Positions 38,571 to 50,777 of a DNA stretch of 64,000 nt are shown here, piece after piece. The stretch spans positions 431,334,001-431,398,000 of the forward strand of contig NW_027362771.1 of the NCBI RefSeq assembly GCF_046119375.1, in the 5' to 3' direction. Position numbers and translations under genes: made by a program. The stretch's first letter is position 1. The number at the start of each line of letters is the position of its first letter. The DNA is from Phyllobates terribilis. Its lineage: Eukaryota. Under the pieces are notes generated by a model, which saw nothing but the letters and a program-made list of their open reading frames with translations, was not told where the DNA came from and searched no databases.

Positions 38571-38758
38571 TTTCTAATAAAAACCGGCTTCAGTCTTGGT
38601 TCCGTTTCATCCTCACTGTCTGTGTATTCCTCATATTCTGACTCAGACTCTGACTCTTCTCCTGATTTCCATTCATCTTCGACCTCCATCACTTCCATTT
38701 CATCATTTTTCCTCTCTGCAGCTCTTTGGCGCATCATTGAACGGCGACGCTCAATTTC
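38571..38758 (-). CDS. MFAP1: MFAP1 exon 4
   Basis: tag|EIERRSMMRQRAAER...EPRLKPVFIR|gtgagt. Confidence 0.96.
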
Positions 38759-39266
38759 CTAAAAAAGATAGACAAGCTTGAATGGAGCAGGAAGGGGTCA
38801 CAAGAGACAAGTCATCTGTGTCAGACTGTCATCTAGGTGCTGATTGTTGCATTAACCGATTGCTGGGCGCCTAAAGGAGGAAAACCCAAACGGTGCTTGT
38901 ATACATGGTTAAGTGATGGAACCATACAATCACTTCCCCAGCACATTAATATGCATATTCCATAGTCACAGGTACTGACTATAGTCTTATTCAATATGTA
39001 AATTATGTGCTTCATAACGGTTTGTTTCCATATGCCAAACACACTGCAAAGGGAAAAATCTGTAGCAACACCGGCCGCATAAGTGATCATCCTACAGACT
39101 TCACATCCGCATCAATTTACGCTTCAGAATTTGTCTGCAGTGAGATAGATTTTGACAAATCTCATTACTCACATTGCTGTGACTGTAATCTGAAGGGGAC
39201 TTAGAAGCTGCTGCATAAATGCCCCATGTGAATGTAACCGAATACTGGAAAAATGTTGTAACTCAC

Positions 39267-39402
39267 CTCATCATCCACCTCTTCCTCCTCCTCCTCACTG
39301 GTGTCTTCCCGTTCCATGTGCCAGTCTTCACCGCCTGGTTCAGACTCGGACTCGCTTTCACCCACTACCTCAGGCTCCGCAATTTTTCGGTGTCTGGCCA
39401 AT
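39267..39402 (-). CDS. MFAP1: MFAP1 exon 3
   Basis: cag|(K)LARHRKIAEPEVVGESE...EEEVDDE|gtgagt. Confidence 0.97.
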
Positions 39403-40371
39403 CTGTTCAAAAGTAATTCCAAATGTCAGTGATTTATCAAACAAATACAACTTCAGTGGAGAGACTATGACCTGACAACTGCTTATTAACGGCCCAGGTG
39501 TTGCATAAATAAAAAAAAAAAACCATGCTTACTTTTTACCTGCTGCCCCTTTTCTGCTTTCAGTCCTGTGTCCCCCGATATAAACAATGAATGACATGTG
39601 ACCGCTGCACCCAATCAGCGGCTACTGATCAGCTGCAATTTTTTTATTTCTATCCAAGTGAAAGAACAGAGTTTTCTCCTGTCGTACAGGAATGTGATCA
39701 GAAAGTGCAGATCGGCGGCAGCAGTGACATGACACTGATTATGTTAGAGTATGAATATGCTCGATCTCACTGCTATTATAGGTTGGTGCTCGGAAGAGTG
39801 TCAATATCATCAATATTAAAAAGCTAGTTTGGCACACAAGAGCATCAATCTTAATGAAAGAATTTATTTCAATCTGACCCGTGAAAAACTGAAATTGCTA
39901 ACGTTTCGGCCGTACAGGGCCTGTATCACGGTATCTTTATGCAGAGTGGTCGGTAAACTGGAGCGTTGTGGAATTTTTTTATTTTATTTTTTTTCATGGG
40001 TCGAATTGCAATAAATTCTTTCATTAATATTTCGCTCACGTGTGCCAAGTACCTTATTAGTACTAATTATGGATTAGCAAGAGAGGCGCCGATCTGGGAG
40101 GTACATACAGATTTTTCTAATTTATGCAGCACCCTGGGCCATTAAGATGTCATGCTGTAGTGGACAACCCCTTTAATCATTTTACCACATCTGAAAGCCT
40201 CAGAGAAATGTTGGATTTTTCTACAATTAGTACAGGGGGAATGTATGTGACATGAAAGCAGAACAGCGAAGGGAGGTCATAAGTAGCCTCATGTAAGAGA
40301 CGACACTGACTAATAGGCAGGTTCATGAGCACATCACTACATATATGGCTGATGAAGGCCAGTAACTTTTA

Positions 40372-41363
40372 TCTATATAATTGTCTTATCCCGTCTGTCT
40401 GTCTGTCCTGGAAATCCCGGGTCGCTGATTGGACCAGCCGCGGCCAATCAGCGACGCGGCATTTCAGAAAAACATGGCGGCCATTAGCGGCTCATGTGCG
40501 GCACGGAGGTCAGCGGCGATGAAGCCGGGAGATGCAGCCGGCTGCTCGCAGCATAAGTCCCCCGACCGCAGGCGCCGCTGACCTACATGCAGCTATCGTC
40601 GGAAGATCAGCGGCTACGGCCGCTTATCTCCCGAGGACAAGTGTGACGCCCCTCCCCTCCTTTCCCCTCCCCTCTCCTCCCGTCCCTCCCCCCGCTCGAT
40701 CAGGACCCCGGCGTCATACTTACCCCTCCCCGTGCCTCCGCAGCAGCTCCTGTCTCTTCCGCTGCAGCTCTGTGATGTTTCAGGTCAGAGGACGCGGTGA
40801 CGTCTTTACACCGCGCTCTCTCCTGACCGGTCACAGCGCACAGCGTGAAGATGCTGGCTACGCTGGAGTCCAGAGAAGCAGTGAGGTGAGTATTGGATTT
40901 TTTTTTTTTTTTGTATGGGGCCATAGGGGACCTGCATGGGGCACTATGGGGGGATGGGACATCCTGCATGGGGTATTATATAGGAGGGATGTGACAGCCT
41001 GCATGGGGCATTATATGGGGGGGGGGGAGAGGTGACATCCTGCATGGGCCATTATATGGAGGGAGAGGTGACATCCTACATGGGGCATTATATGGGGGAG
41101 AGGTGACATCCTGCATGGGGCATTATATAGGGGGGATGTGACATCCTGCATGGGGCATTATATAGGGGGGATGTGACATCCTGCATGGGGCATTATATAC
41201 GGGGGATGTGACATCCTGCATGGGGTATTATATACGGGGGATGTGACATCCTGCATGGGGTATTATATACGGGGGATGTGACATCCTGCATGGGGCATTA
41301 TAAAGGAGGGTCGGGAGACATATGCTAGAATACCTGATGCGTTAGAATCGGGCCACCATCTAG
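40372..41363 (+). mobile_element. Non-autonomous Helitron-type element (992 bp) in MFAP1 intron 2
   Basis: 5' A|TCTATATAA and 3' CTAG|T, so it sits between A and T with no TSD. Subterminal hairpin CCTGAT..ATCGGG about 10 nt from the end. Confidence 0.75.
40960..41305. repeat. 35-bp G-rich minisatellite inside the Helitron-type element
   Basis: (GTGACATCCTGCATGGGGCATTATATAGGGGGGAT)n, units at 41103 and 41138, about 9 copies. Confidence 0.92.
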
Positions 41364-41422
41364 TAATTACATAATTCACGTAAAATAAAGGCATATGAAG
41401 TCATATAAAGATGAGAGCTTAC

Positions 41423-41642
41423 TTCTCCTCCACATCCTCATTCACACGATTCTGCAATCTTCGTAGACGGGGATCACTGGTGCTTTCTTCAGGCGGTTCC
41501 TCCACTTCTACCTCCTGCTCCTTTCCTTTCTTAATGAACTGGAACTCCTCATCCTCCTCATCAGAGGATTCCATTGGCGCATAGTCTGGTCTCTTACCGG
41601 AGACATAGCGCTTCACCTTCACCTTTTCCATCGATATTTCAC
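41423..41642 (-). CDS. MFAP1: MFAP1 exon 2
   Basis: cag|(G)EISMEKVKVKRYVSGKRPDYAPMESSDEEDEEFQF...DPRLRRLQNRVNEDVEE|gtaag. Confidence 0.97.
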
Positions 41643-42601
41643 CTGAATTAAATCAAATTCAACCAGGTCACAGTCAGGTATTGCTAAGTAGATGCCATCA
41701 TATTCAACGGCCACAAACCATAGTACTATACAGTGAACGTTCCAATAGTCCCTTGTCGCAGATCAGGGGCACATATTACTGTCAGGTAATAAATCAGGGC
41801 ATGGTTACGAATAATGCACAGCAACAAAGGGCGCCCATACAATCTCCATATAGATAATGTCCAAGGTCTTATGTTTTTGAGCTGCATATGTCTGTATGTT
41901 CATAGATCCTAATACAGTGTCTAGAAAAAGTATTCATACCCTACGAGCTTTTCCAAATTTTTTTCACGTTACACCCACAAACTTAAATGTATTTTACTGG
42001 GATTTTGTGTGATATACCAACATGAAGTAGCAAGTAATTGTGAAGTGTAAAGGAAATGATACATGGTTTTCCAATTATTTTGAAAATATAAATCTGAAAA
42101 ATTGTGATGTGTATTTGTATTCAACCCCCTTGTAGTCAGATACCCATAAATAAAATCCTAAGTGACCAATTGCCTCCAATCACATAATTAGTAAACTGTG
42201 TCCACCTGTGTGTAATTTATTCACAGTATAACTACAGATGTTCTGTGAAGGCCTCAGAGGATTGTTTGAGAATATTAGGGATCAGTATCATGAAAACCAA
42301 GGAACAAACCAGACAGGTCAGGCATAAAGTTGTCGAGAAAAGTAAAGCAGGATTAGGTTATAAAAAAATAGCCCAAGCTCTGAACATCTCACGGAGCATT
42401 CAATCCATCATCAAAAAAATGGAGGAAGTATGGCACAACTGCAAACCTACCCCAAGACATGGCCTTCCACCTAAACTGACATCCTAAGCAAGGAGAGCAC
42501 CAATTAGAGAAGCAGCCAAGAAAAGATGCCCAAGGTCACTCTAGAGGAGCTGCAGAGAGCCAAAGCTCAGATGGGAGAATCTGTCCACAGGACAACAATG
42601 A

Positions 42602-43428
42602 GGCTGAGTTCACACGATGCGTTTTTCATGCGTTTCCGCGGCGTTTTTGCAGTTGCGGAAACGCATTAAAAACGCATGGTAGAAGGGCAGCAATGTTCCC
42701 CAATTGAAATCCGCATGTGCTGTGCCCATGATGCGGATTTCCGCAGCATGTCAATTAATTTTGCGGAAACGCTGCTCTTCTGCCGCCATTGACTTGCATT
42801 AGACCGCATGGAATCCGCATCACTGTATATGTTGATGCGCTTTTCATGCGGTCTAATGTGCGGATGGTACCCGGGTGTGGATGAGAGGACTCTCATCCAG
42901 ATCCAGGTACCATTAAAAAAAAAAAGAATAAAATAAAAAATATATATATTCTCACCTTCTGACGGCCCGCGCAGCGCTCCTGCTTGGTTCCCGGCACTTC
43001 GGGGTTGAATGAAGAAGGACCTTCGCTGACGTCAGAGTCATGTGACGGGTCACGTGATGCTGACGTCGGAAGGTCCTAAAGTCTTCACTGCCGGCAGCCG
43101 GGACCGAGCGAAGCAGGACACCGGGGGCCATCAGAGGGTAAAGTATATATTTATTTTTTATTTTTTGACATTCACACACTATATAAATCCATGCCGGCTG
43201 CATGGATTTATATAGTGTAAAGTTGACAAGCACTTTCCAAGTGATGCTAAAATCGCTTGGGAAGCGCTTGTCAACCCGCATGCGGAAATGAAAGTGAAGA
43301 CCGCTTCATTTCCGCATGTCCCTGGCAGGAAACCGCATGTACAATCCGCATGCGTTTTTTCCTGCCAGAGAGATGCAGAAACGCTCAGGAAAAAATCCTG
43401 AGCATTTCTGCATCGTGTGCACATACCC
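42602..43428. mobile_element. ~830-bp Harbinger-type MITE family, copy 1
   Basis: TIRs GGCTGAGTTCACACGATGC / GCATCGTGTGCACATACCC. Homologous to 48495-49336. Confidence 0.85.
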
Positions 43429-43431
43429 TTA

Positions 43432-43597
43432 GGGTACGCTCAGTATTTGGACAGTATTTTACATCATCATTTGTAAGCCAAAACCAGGAGTGGAACAATC
43501 AGAGGAAAAATATAATAGAAACAAGTCACAACTTCTGTATTCCTGGTTTTGTCTTATAAATACTGATGGGAAATGCTGCCAAATATTGAATGAGGCC
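43432..43597. mobile_element. Short Harbinger-type MITE (same family as 11554-11756)
   Basis: Shares CAGTATTTGG..AAAACCAGGAGTGG..CCTGGTTTT..AAATACTGA. Abuts the previous MITE at a TTA. Confidence 0.7.
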
Positions 43598-44845
43598 TTG
43601 ATCATATACTCCACAAACCTGGCCTTTATGGAAGAGTGGCAAGAAGAAAATAATTTTTAAAAGCAAGGCAGAAAAAGTTCTGTTTGCAAAAAAATACGTA
43701 GGAACACAGCTAACATGTGGAAGAAGGTAATTGGTCTGATGCGACCAAAATCAAACTTTTTGGACTAATGGAAAACACTGTGTGTGGCTGAAAACTAATA
43801 CTGCACATCACCCTGAAAACACCATCCCCACTGTCAAACGTGGTGGCAGCATCATGGTGTGAAGGTGCTTTTCTTCAGCAGGGACAGGGAAGCTGGTCAG
43901 AATTGATGGGAAGATGGATGGAGCCAAATACAGGGCAATACTGGAGGAAAATCTGTTAGAGGCTGAAAAAGACTTGAGGCAGGGGTAAAGGTTAAACTTC
44001 CAGCAGGACAACAACCCTAAACATACTGCCAGAGCTGCAATGGAAGATCAAACCATGTTCATATGGGTGAATGGCCCAGTCAAAGTCCAGACCTAAATCC
44101 CATTGAGAATTGGTGGCAAGACTTGAAATTTGCAGTTGGCCGTATAACCCAAATGATGGTCGCCTCCAAATGCTCAGAATGGCTGGCGGCTCTCCTGACG
44201 AGAGCATAAAGGCTACATAGAAATACATGCTGTCACGCTCGGGTCAGGAGAGCCGCCAGCCATTCCGAGCATTGCGATGCGATCGTTGTCTGTGTTGTGC
44301 AGCTGTCTGACTGCGCCCTTATGGGTATACTTAGTTTCATGTGCAGATTTCCCCATTGGATTGCATCAGATGCAGAAAATGCACAAGTAAAAAGCGCATG
44401 TGTTTTCAGTGTGTTTCTGCTGTATATGTAATACACACATGACTATATCGGTAAAGTTTTGTCAAAGTCAGATACATTGAACTATGAAAAAAAAACAGCT
44501 TTATTTAAAAACTAGACAATTCAAATAGAGACAAAAACAGCAGCTGAAAAAAGTAACAATTTAGCTAATATGTGCATAAATGCTGCAGAAAACCCTCATC
44601 CTGTGAAAGTAACTGAGCGTGTAGTTATAGAGACATCTGCCACTTATGTATAAGATTCTGACTGGCATGAATGGGACTGTGCAACACAGACAGGTTTCCC
44701 AAACAAATCCTAATCATCAGATCACGTTCTTGGCACAAAATATTAGTCTGCGGCTGCACAGCTCATGTGGGCAAAGATGGCTCAGTACCCCTGCTACATC
44801 GTAAGGGAGAATGGGGTCACACTGCACCCACCCAAGAGACAGGCA

Positions 44846-45045
44846 GGTCACGGTGGCTCAGTGGTTAGCACTGTTACTTTGCAGCATTGGGGGTCTCGAG
44901 TTCAAATCCCACCAAGGACAACATCTGCAAGGAGTTTGTATGTTCTCCCCGTGGGTTTCCTCCGGGTTCTCCGGTTTCCTCCCACACTCCAAAGACATAC
45001 TGATAGGGAATGTAGATTGTGAGCCCCGATGGGGACAGCGACGAT
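44846..45045 (+). mobile_element. tRNA-derived SINE in MFAP1 intron 1
   Basis: A box GGTGGCTCAGTGG and B box GAGTTCAAATC. Core GGAGTTTGTATGTTCTCCCCGTG...CCTCCCACACTCCAAAGAC shared with the other copies. Confidence 0.88.
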
Positions 45046-45146
45046 AATGTATGCTGCTGTTATTATGGCACAGCTGGATACAGTCGTGCTGGGGCTCGCG
45101 GCCTGCTACTACAGCCATTACTGCGGCCTGGTTACAGGCACTTTAC

Positions 45147-45225
45147 CTTTCTCATTGCGGACGGGCACGGCTCCGGCCGTGGACTGGATCGGGGGCTGCT
45201 TGTTGAGGGCGCTGGAGGACGACAT
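45147..45225 (-). CDS. MFAP1: MFAP1 exon 1
   Basis: MSSSSALNKQPPIQSTAGAVPVRNEK(G)|gtaaag matches the MFAP1 N-terminus. Total CDS is 1,326 nt. Confidence 0.97.
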
Positions 45226-45418
45226 CTTTCCGTTAATCGTCGAAAACCGACACACACACTGGACACTACGGGCTCCCGGACCTTTGGAGGACCAGAAAAC
45301 CACAGAGTCGACGCTGCTTCCGGAAAAGCCGGCGCTCTATGGTAACGTCCCAGTGCGTGAGCTGTAAACCGAGCATGCGCACTCAGCTCCTCCCTTTCCG
45401 CTCTGGTCCTGGAAGAAG
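45226..45418. promoter_or_regulatory. Compact bidirectional promoter MFAP1/RPL37A with TCT/5'TOP-type start
   Basis: 193 bp between ATGs. Contains CTTCCGGAA (two-way ETS-like), GCATGCGCA (NRF1-like) and a pyrimidine tract with CTTTCC about 25 nt before the RPL37A ATG. Confidence 0.75.
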
Positions 45419-45421
45419 ATG
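45419..45421 (+). CDS. RPL37A: 60S ribosomal protein L37a (eL43), exon 1 (ATG only)
   Basis: AAG ATG|gtgagt, the ATG-only first coding exon typical of RP genes. Joins in frame to exon 2. Confidence 0.9.
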
Positions 45422-45920
45422 GTGAGTCGGTTTTGTGTCTCCGTGCTCCGTGATGTTTATCCGTGTTCATCCTTCTCCGGGAGACGGTCCCGAGTGACCC
45501 CGATGTGTCCTTAGTGATCTGCGCTGTGGGGTCTTTCTGTTACGGCTGATATTAGTGCTCTTGAACACGGTTTTATGTGTGGAGCCAGCTGCTGGGATGG
45601 AGCGGGCCCGGGATGTCGCCATTGCCTTGTATTTGGCTCTTTGTAGGGAGTGTTTTCTGTGGTAGTCCGCTTCCCATACATTCCTAGTCCTCCAGTGTTC
45701 TGCTGGCTGCAGTGTCTCTGTATAGGAATGAGCTAGTCTGGTGACTAGTAGTCGTTCGGCCGCTGCCTTGGTGGTGGTCACAGCACAGCTGACTTGTCCC
45801 AGTAATGTTACTGTCGCTTTAAATGATGGCTGTAATACAGTAGAAGCAGTATATAGCGTATACTCTGTGACACTGTATTCTGATCAGGTTATGCTGACTA
45901 TGGCTGACCCCAGGATATAG

Positions 45921-46211
<291 letters not shown>

Positions 46212-46297
46212 TAATCTCTATTAATCTTTGCATCAGGTACATCGCAGACTGTGCTGTATTCCTGTATGTGGACGTGAAACAGTTTTTCTTTCCTTAG

Positions 46298-46380
46298 ACA
46301 AAGATGAAGAGGAGGGCTGTTGGAATCTGGCACTGCGGATCTTGCATGAAGCTCGTAGCAGGAGGAGCCTGGGCCTACAA
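46298..46380 (+). CDS. RPL37A: RPL37A exon 3
   Basis: tag|TKMKRRAVGIWHCGSCMKLVAGGAWAY(N)|gtaagt. C4 zinc finger intact. Confidence 0.98.
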
Positions 46381-47329
46381 GTAAGTGCACAAATCTGCTT
46401 CTAGAGGAGAAATATTAGGCCTCGTTCAAAGGGATTATTCTCATGCGCAAAAAAATCCTCATTGTGTCAGTTATTACAATCAGTGTGTCATCATTGAAGC
46501 TGCTCCTATGCATTACAATGCTGGGCACCACTCCAGCGGATTTTTTTATTTCAGAGCTGGAGTGGTGCCACTAACTTGTAAGTTTCCTGACCCAACTATT
46601 ATACTTCTCAGCCATCGTCCTCAGCTCCTCCTGGCCCCATTCTGCTATCTTGTGACCACAACTTCTGACTGATCGGAAGTCAGGGGTAACGGTTACAAGC
46701 TCTCAGTGTAAGTCTGAGACCCTCGTTCTGGCTCCCATAGACTTACATTGAGAAATGACCTCCAGGTCACATAGCAGACACTGAAGCAATCCGGCAGGTC
46801 ACAAATTGCAGAAGGTGACCGGTGCGGTGCCAATAACAGATGAAGACGGCGGCTGGGAACTTAGATTAGTGCCATCACTCCAGTGCTGAAATAAAAGAAA
46901 CCCACTAGTGGTGTTTTAACCCACGGACAGCACATGGATTGCATTTGTGTGCTCTTCATGATTATCACACATACGTGATCCATGGACGTCGGAATGAGGC
47001 CATAGGCGATTAGGATATAAATAAGAATCTTTATTTTTTGTGCCAGGGTATTTTGTAGGTTTTTACACAATTTAGAGCAGCCTTATGTCAACAGAGTATT
47101 AACTGCATACATAATTATGGCTGCTATATGACCACGTAGAGGCACTTTAAAGAGATTTTCTCACCCTCTTGAATGGGTGCTCCCCAGTTGTGGCAACTTG
47201 TGGGCCACAATCTCATCCGAACACATCATGCTGCGACATAGAAGCAGTATAGGACAATCAGTCGCCGTGTATCAAATGCTGCATCTAAAGTAAAAAAAAG
47301 AATAAGTAAAAAGAAATACAAACCCTTAT

Positions 47330-47846
47330 ACTCACCTCTCCGGAGGCCCCCGGTCTCCTCCCAGCCGCATCCTCTCTCCTCTGTGTCCCGCGGTGTACTG
47401 GCAGCGGTCAGGTGATGGTCGTGTAACCATCAGCTGACTAAATGATGTCACCGCAGCTCCTGCCAGTACACCGTGGGACACAGAGGAGAGAGGACGCGGC
47501 TGGGAGGAGACCGGGGGCTGCCGGAGAGGTGAGTATGAATATTTTTTTTTTAATTTTTTACTTACTTGCAGGTACGATGGTACCTGGGTCGGATGAGTCT
47601 CCTCTTCTCCAGATCCGGGTACAATCCGTGCATTGAACCGCATAACATCCGCACGTTCAATGCAAATCAATCGTGGATTTTTCCGCAATGATAATCCACA
47701 GCGGAAATTTCTGCAGCATGTGCACAGCACGTGCGGATTATCATTGGGATACATCCCAGACCTCTTAACAAGCGATTTTTAATGCTTTTCCGCAGCGCAA
47801 ATACCGCCACGGAAATGCATTCAATCCGCATCGTGGGCACTCAGCC
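47330..47846. mobile_element. ~830-bp Harbinger-type MITE family, partial copy
   Basis: Ends GCATCGTGGGCACTCAGCC|TTA. Interior is the reverse complement of the left arm of 48495-49336. Confidence 0.7.
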
Positions 47847-48494
47847 TTAATGGGATAATACTGGGCCATATTCATGATTGGGGCTCAGATGTTGCTGCTT
47901 TGTCCTGCTGAAAGTTCCTCCAGCATTGCAAGTGAATGGAGTATTTCATACTTTGTTAACCTGCTCTAAAACAATCCATTGGATAAAGTGAATGAGATGT
48001 GTATTTTAAAATCCATGGTATGTTTATTACTGGCAGGGATTCAGTACAGATGAGCTGCAGTTTGATTCCACTAAAATAGTAGCTCTATTTAGTACACAGA
48101 TCTGTTGGCCAATTCTTTGCATAAATCGGTTTCAGCTGCCGATTTTTTTTTTTTTAATGGAAAAAAAAAACAAAACCTAAAAGCTGCTGTGATGCAGATA
48201 TTTACTATAAATTGCCACTGGTTTTTGAAATGCTTAAAGGTTTGTTTTGTGTGGTGTTTCCCCACTTTATCCCCCTCTCACTCCACTGTAAAAACACTGA
48301 TGTTAAACAGATTGGCCTTCATTTTCTTGGTCCCACAGAATGAGGGAATGCCATAAAATATTAGTGCATATAGTTGGTAAGTAACACTATCAGTCTTTGT
48401 GTATTTGCCAATGGCATCCTTTCGTGCTGCTGAGGTTATGTGGCTTTTCCTCACTTATGTCAGTCTTTTTTTTTTTCTTGAACAGTCTCATTTA

Positions 48495-49336
48495 GGCTGT
48501 GTGCCCACGATGCGTTTTTTAAGCGTTTCCGCAGCGGCAAAAACACTGCAGAAACGCTTAAAAACTGCATGGTAGAAGGCCTGCCATGGTCCCCAATGAT
48601 AATCCGCATGTGCTGTGCACATACTGCGGGAATTTCCGCTGCCGATTATCATTGCGGAAAAAAACGCAGCACTACCAATTATTTTGCGGAAGCGCTGCGT
48701 TTTCGCCGCCATTGACTTGCATTGAAACACATGGATTACGCATCACTGCATCTGTACATGCGCATTCCACGCATTTCAATGTGCGGATGGTACCCGGGTG
48801 TGGAGGAGAGGAGACTCTCCTCCTTACCCGGGTACCATAGAATAAAATAAAAAATTAAATGTTATATTTACCTTCTGATGGCCCCCGGTCTCCTTGTCTT
48901 TGCTTGCCGGCAGATCGCGGTGGACTGAAGGACCTGCGCTGACTTCATAGTCATGTGACGGCAGGTCCTTCAGTGTACCGCGAGCTGCCGGCAGCCAGAA
49001 CGGAGCGAAGCAAGACTCCGGGGGCCATCAGAAGGTAAGTATAGATTTATTTTTTTATTTTTTACTATTCTTTACGGTCACACTATATAAACCCATGCCG
49101 TTTGTATGGATTTATATAGTGTGACCAAGTTGTCAAGCACTTTCCAAATGATGCTAAAATTGCTTTGAAAGCGCTTGACAACCCGCATGCAGAAATGCAA
49201 GTGAAGAACGCTTCACATCCACATGTCCCTGGCAGGAAAATCGCATGTACAATCCGCATGCGTTTTTTTCTGCCAGGGAGATGCAGAAACGCACAGCAAA
49301 AAATCCTGAGCATTTCTGCATCGTGGGCACATAGCC
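48495..49336. mobile_element. Harbinger-type MITE (842 bp) in RPL37A intron 3
   Basis: TIRs GGCTGTGTGCCCACGATGC / GCATCGTGGGCACATAGCC with TTA TSD at 48492-94 and 49337-39. Confidence 0.92.
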
Positions 49337-50659
49337 TTAAAGAAGATCTCCAGGAATATAGCATTGAACGTGGGTAGACCTATGGACCACAAGGGCAGCA
49401 CACTGATAGGGGCTGCATCTCCTTCATGGTTTACACAGGCACAGTAGATAATCCTAAGCATCTCTACCTGGTACTGCAGCTTATCTCTTAAAGGGGTTGT
49501 CCACTACTCCAACATCCCCGTCTCAATCCGCATGTTTGCACCCATAACATATCAAGCCTTATACTCGCCTCCAATGCCAGCATGACTGGACTCCTGCTCC
49601 CAATCAGCACTGGTATCACTCTCCCCACCTTCAGACGTATCGGACATTAAGATAAGGGAGCGGTCAGCCGCAGCTCTCTCTTCCTCTTGATGTCTGTTCT
49701 GATTCATCCGAAGGTGGGGAGAGAGACGCCAGCGCTGATTGGGAGCAGGAGTCCAGTGACAATGTGATGAGAGCCAGTGCAGACACAGCCTTATATGCAT
49801 GTCGGCGCCGGTCCAGCTTTGTTTACACATATTGGGTTTTTCACCGTTTTTTGCTGCAAATTTTCAGCTGCGTTTTGCAGTACCAGCAAAGTCTGACACA
49901 CCATAATTCTCTGTTCACACAATGTTTTTTTTCGTTGCGTATTTTGTGCCTAGGTTGGGTTTTTGGAAAAGTGTTTTTTTTTTCAGCATTTTTTTACCCA
50001 TAGGAAGTAATGGGTGGTGGAAAAAAAACGCACCAAAATTTGCATCAGCGTTTTTTCATCGTTTTTGATGGCAAAATAGAATAGGATTCTTTTTTTTTTT
50101 CACAGAACTTTATGTACATGCATAAATAGAGACGGAAGGACAGTGAAAAAAAACGGAGCAAAACCTGCTTTTTTGATGTGGTTGATTTCCTGCCAGAAAT
50201 TAGGTTTTGCTGCAGATTTGTGCCGCTGAAAAACCCAACATGTGTGAACATAGCTTTAGTGTTATTTTACTGGGTGCAAACATGCTGATTGAAAAGGGAT
50301 TGTCCAAGTAGCGGACAACTCATTTAAGAAAAAAAAACTATTGGACCAATAAAATACCTCTTTCTTTTGAAATTCGGAAAAAACGATTGTAATTTGGTTG
50401 AGAATATCCATTTCATGTACATTTTGTAACCTATATCCAATTTAAGAAGGGAATTATTCTCTTTATGTATCAGGTAAACGGTAGCTGCTTCTCTTACTGG
50501 GCGCTGTTGCTGAATTATCAGCTCTGCTCTCCACTGCACTATTAGACCATTTCGATTCACTAGTTTACTTGAGAAATAAATTATAATTGTTTGCTTGAGA
50601 TTGTTTTGCTTCCTTGGAACAGATGAAATATTAATCATTGACATGTCTCTCTTTTGTAG

Positions 50660-50723
50660 CACCACCTCCGCTGTCACAGTAAAGTCTGCCATCAGAAGAC
50701 TGAAGGAGTTGAAAGATCAGTAG
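50660..50723 (+). CDS. RPL37A: RPL37A exon 4 (terminal)
   Basis: tag|(N)TTSAVTVKSAIRRLKELKDQ*. Total 92 aa. Confidence 0.98.
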
Positions 50724-50771
50724 ATTAATCCTTACTGTGGAATATTCATCTATTTGTCTGGACTATTCTTT

Positions 50772-50777
50772 AATAAA
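50772..50777 (+). terminator. RPL37A: RPL37A polyadenylation signal
   Basis: AATAAA 48 nt after the stop, consistent with the short 3'UTR of RP mRNAs. Confidence 0.8.

Larger units (their letters stand above)
41915..44140 (+). mobile_element. Decayed Tc1 transposon, 3'-truncated, interrupted by MITEs
   Basis: TA|CAGTGTCTAGAAAAAGTATTCATACCC left TIR. Transposase remnants [38 protein letters not shown] and FQQDNNPKHTA. Confidence 0.85.

Noticed and set aside
44846-44920. tRNA gene
   Set aside because: The A and B boxes continue into a SINE core found three times in the window, and no cloverleaf forms.
45820-45900. Box C/D snoRNA in RPL37A intron 1
   Set aside because: ATGATGG is an imperfect C box. 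CTGA is present but there is no terminal stem and no recognisable rRNA guide.
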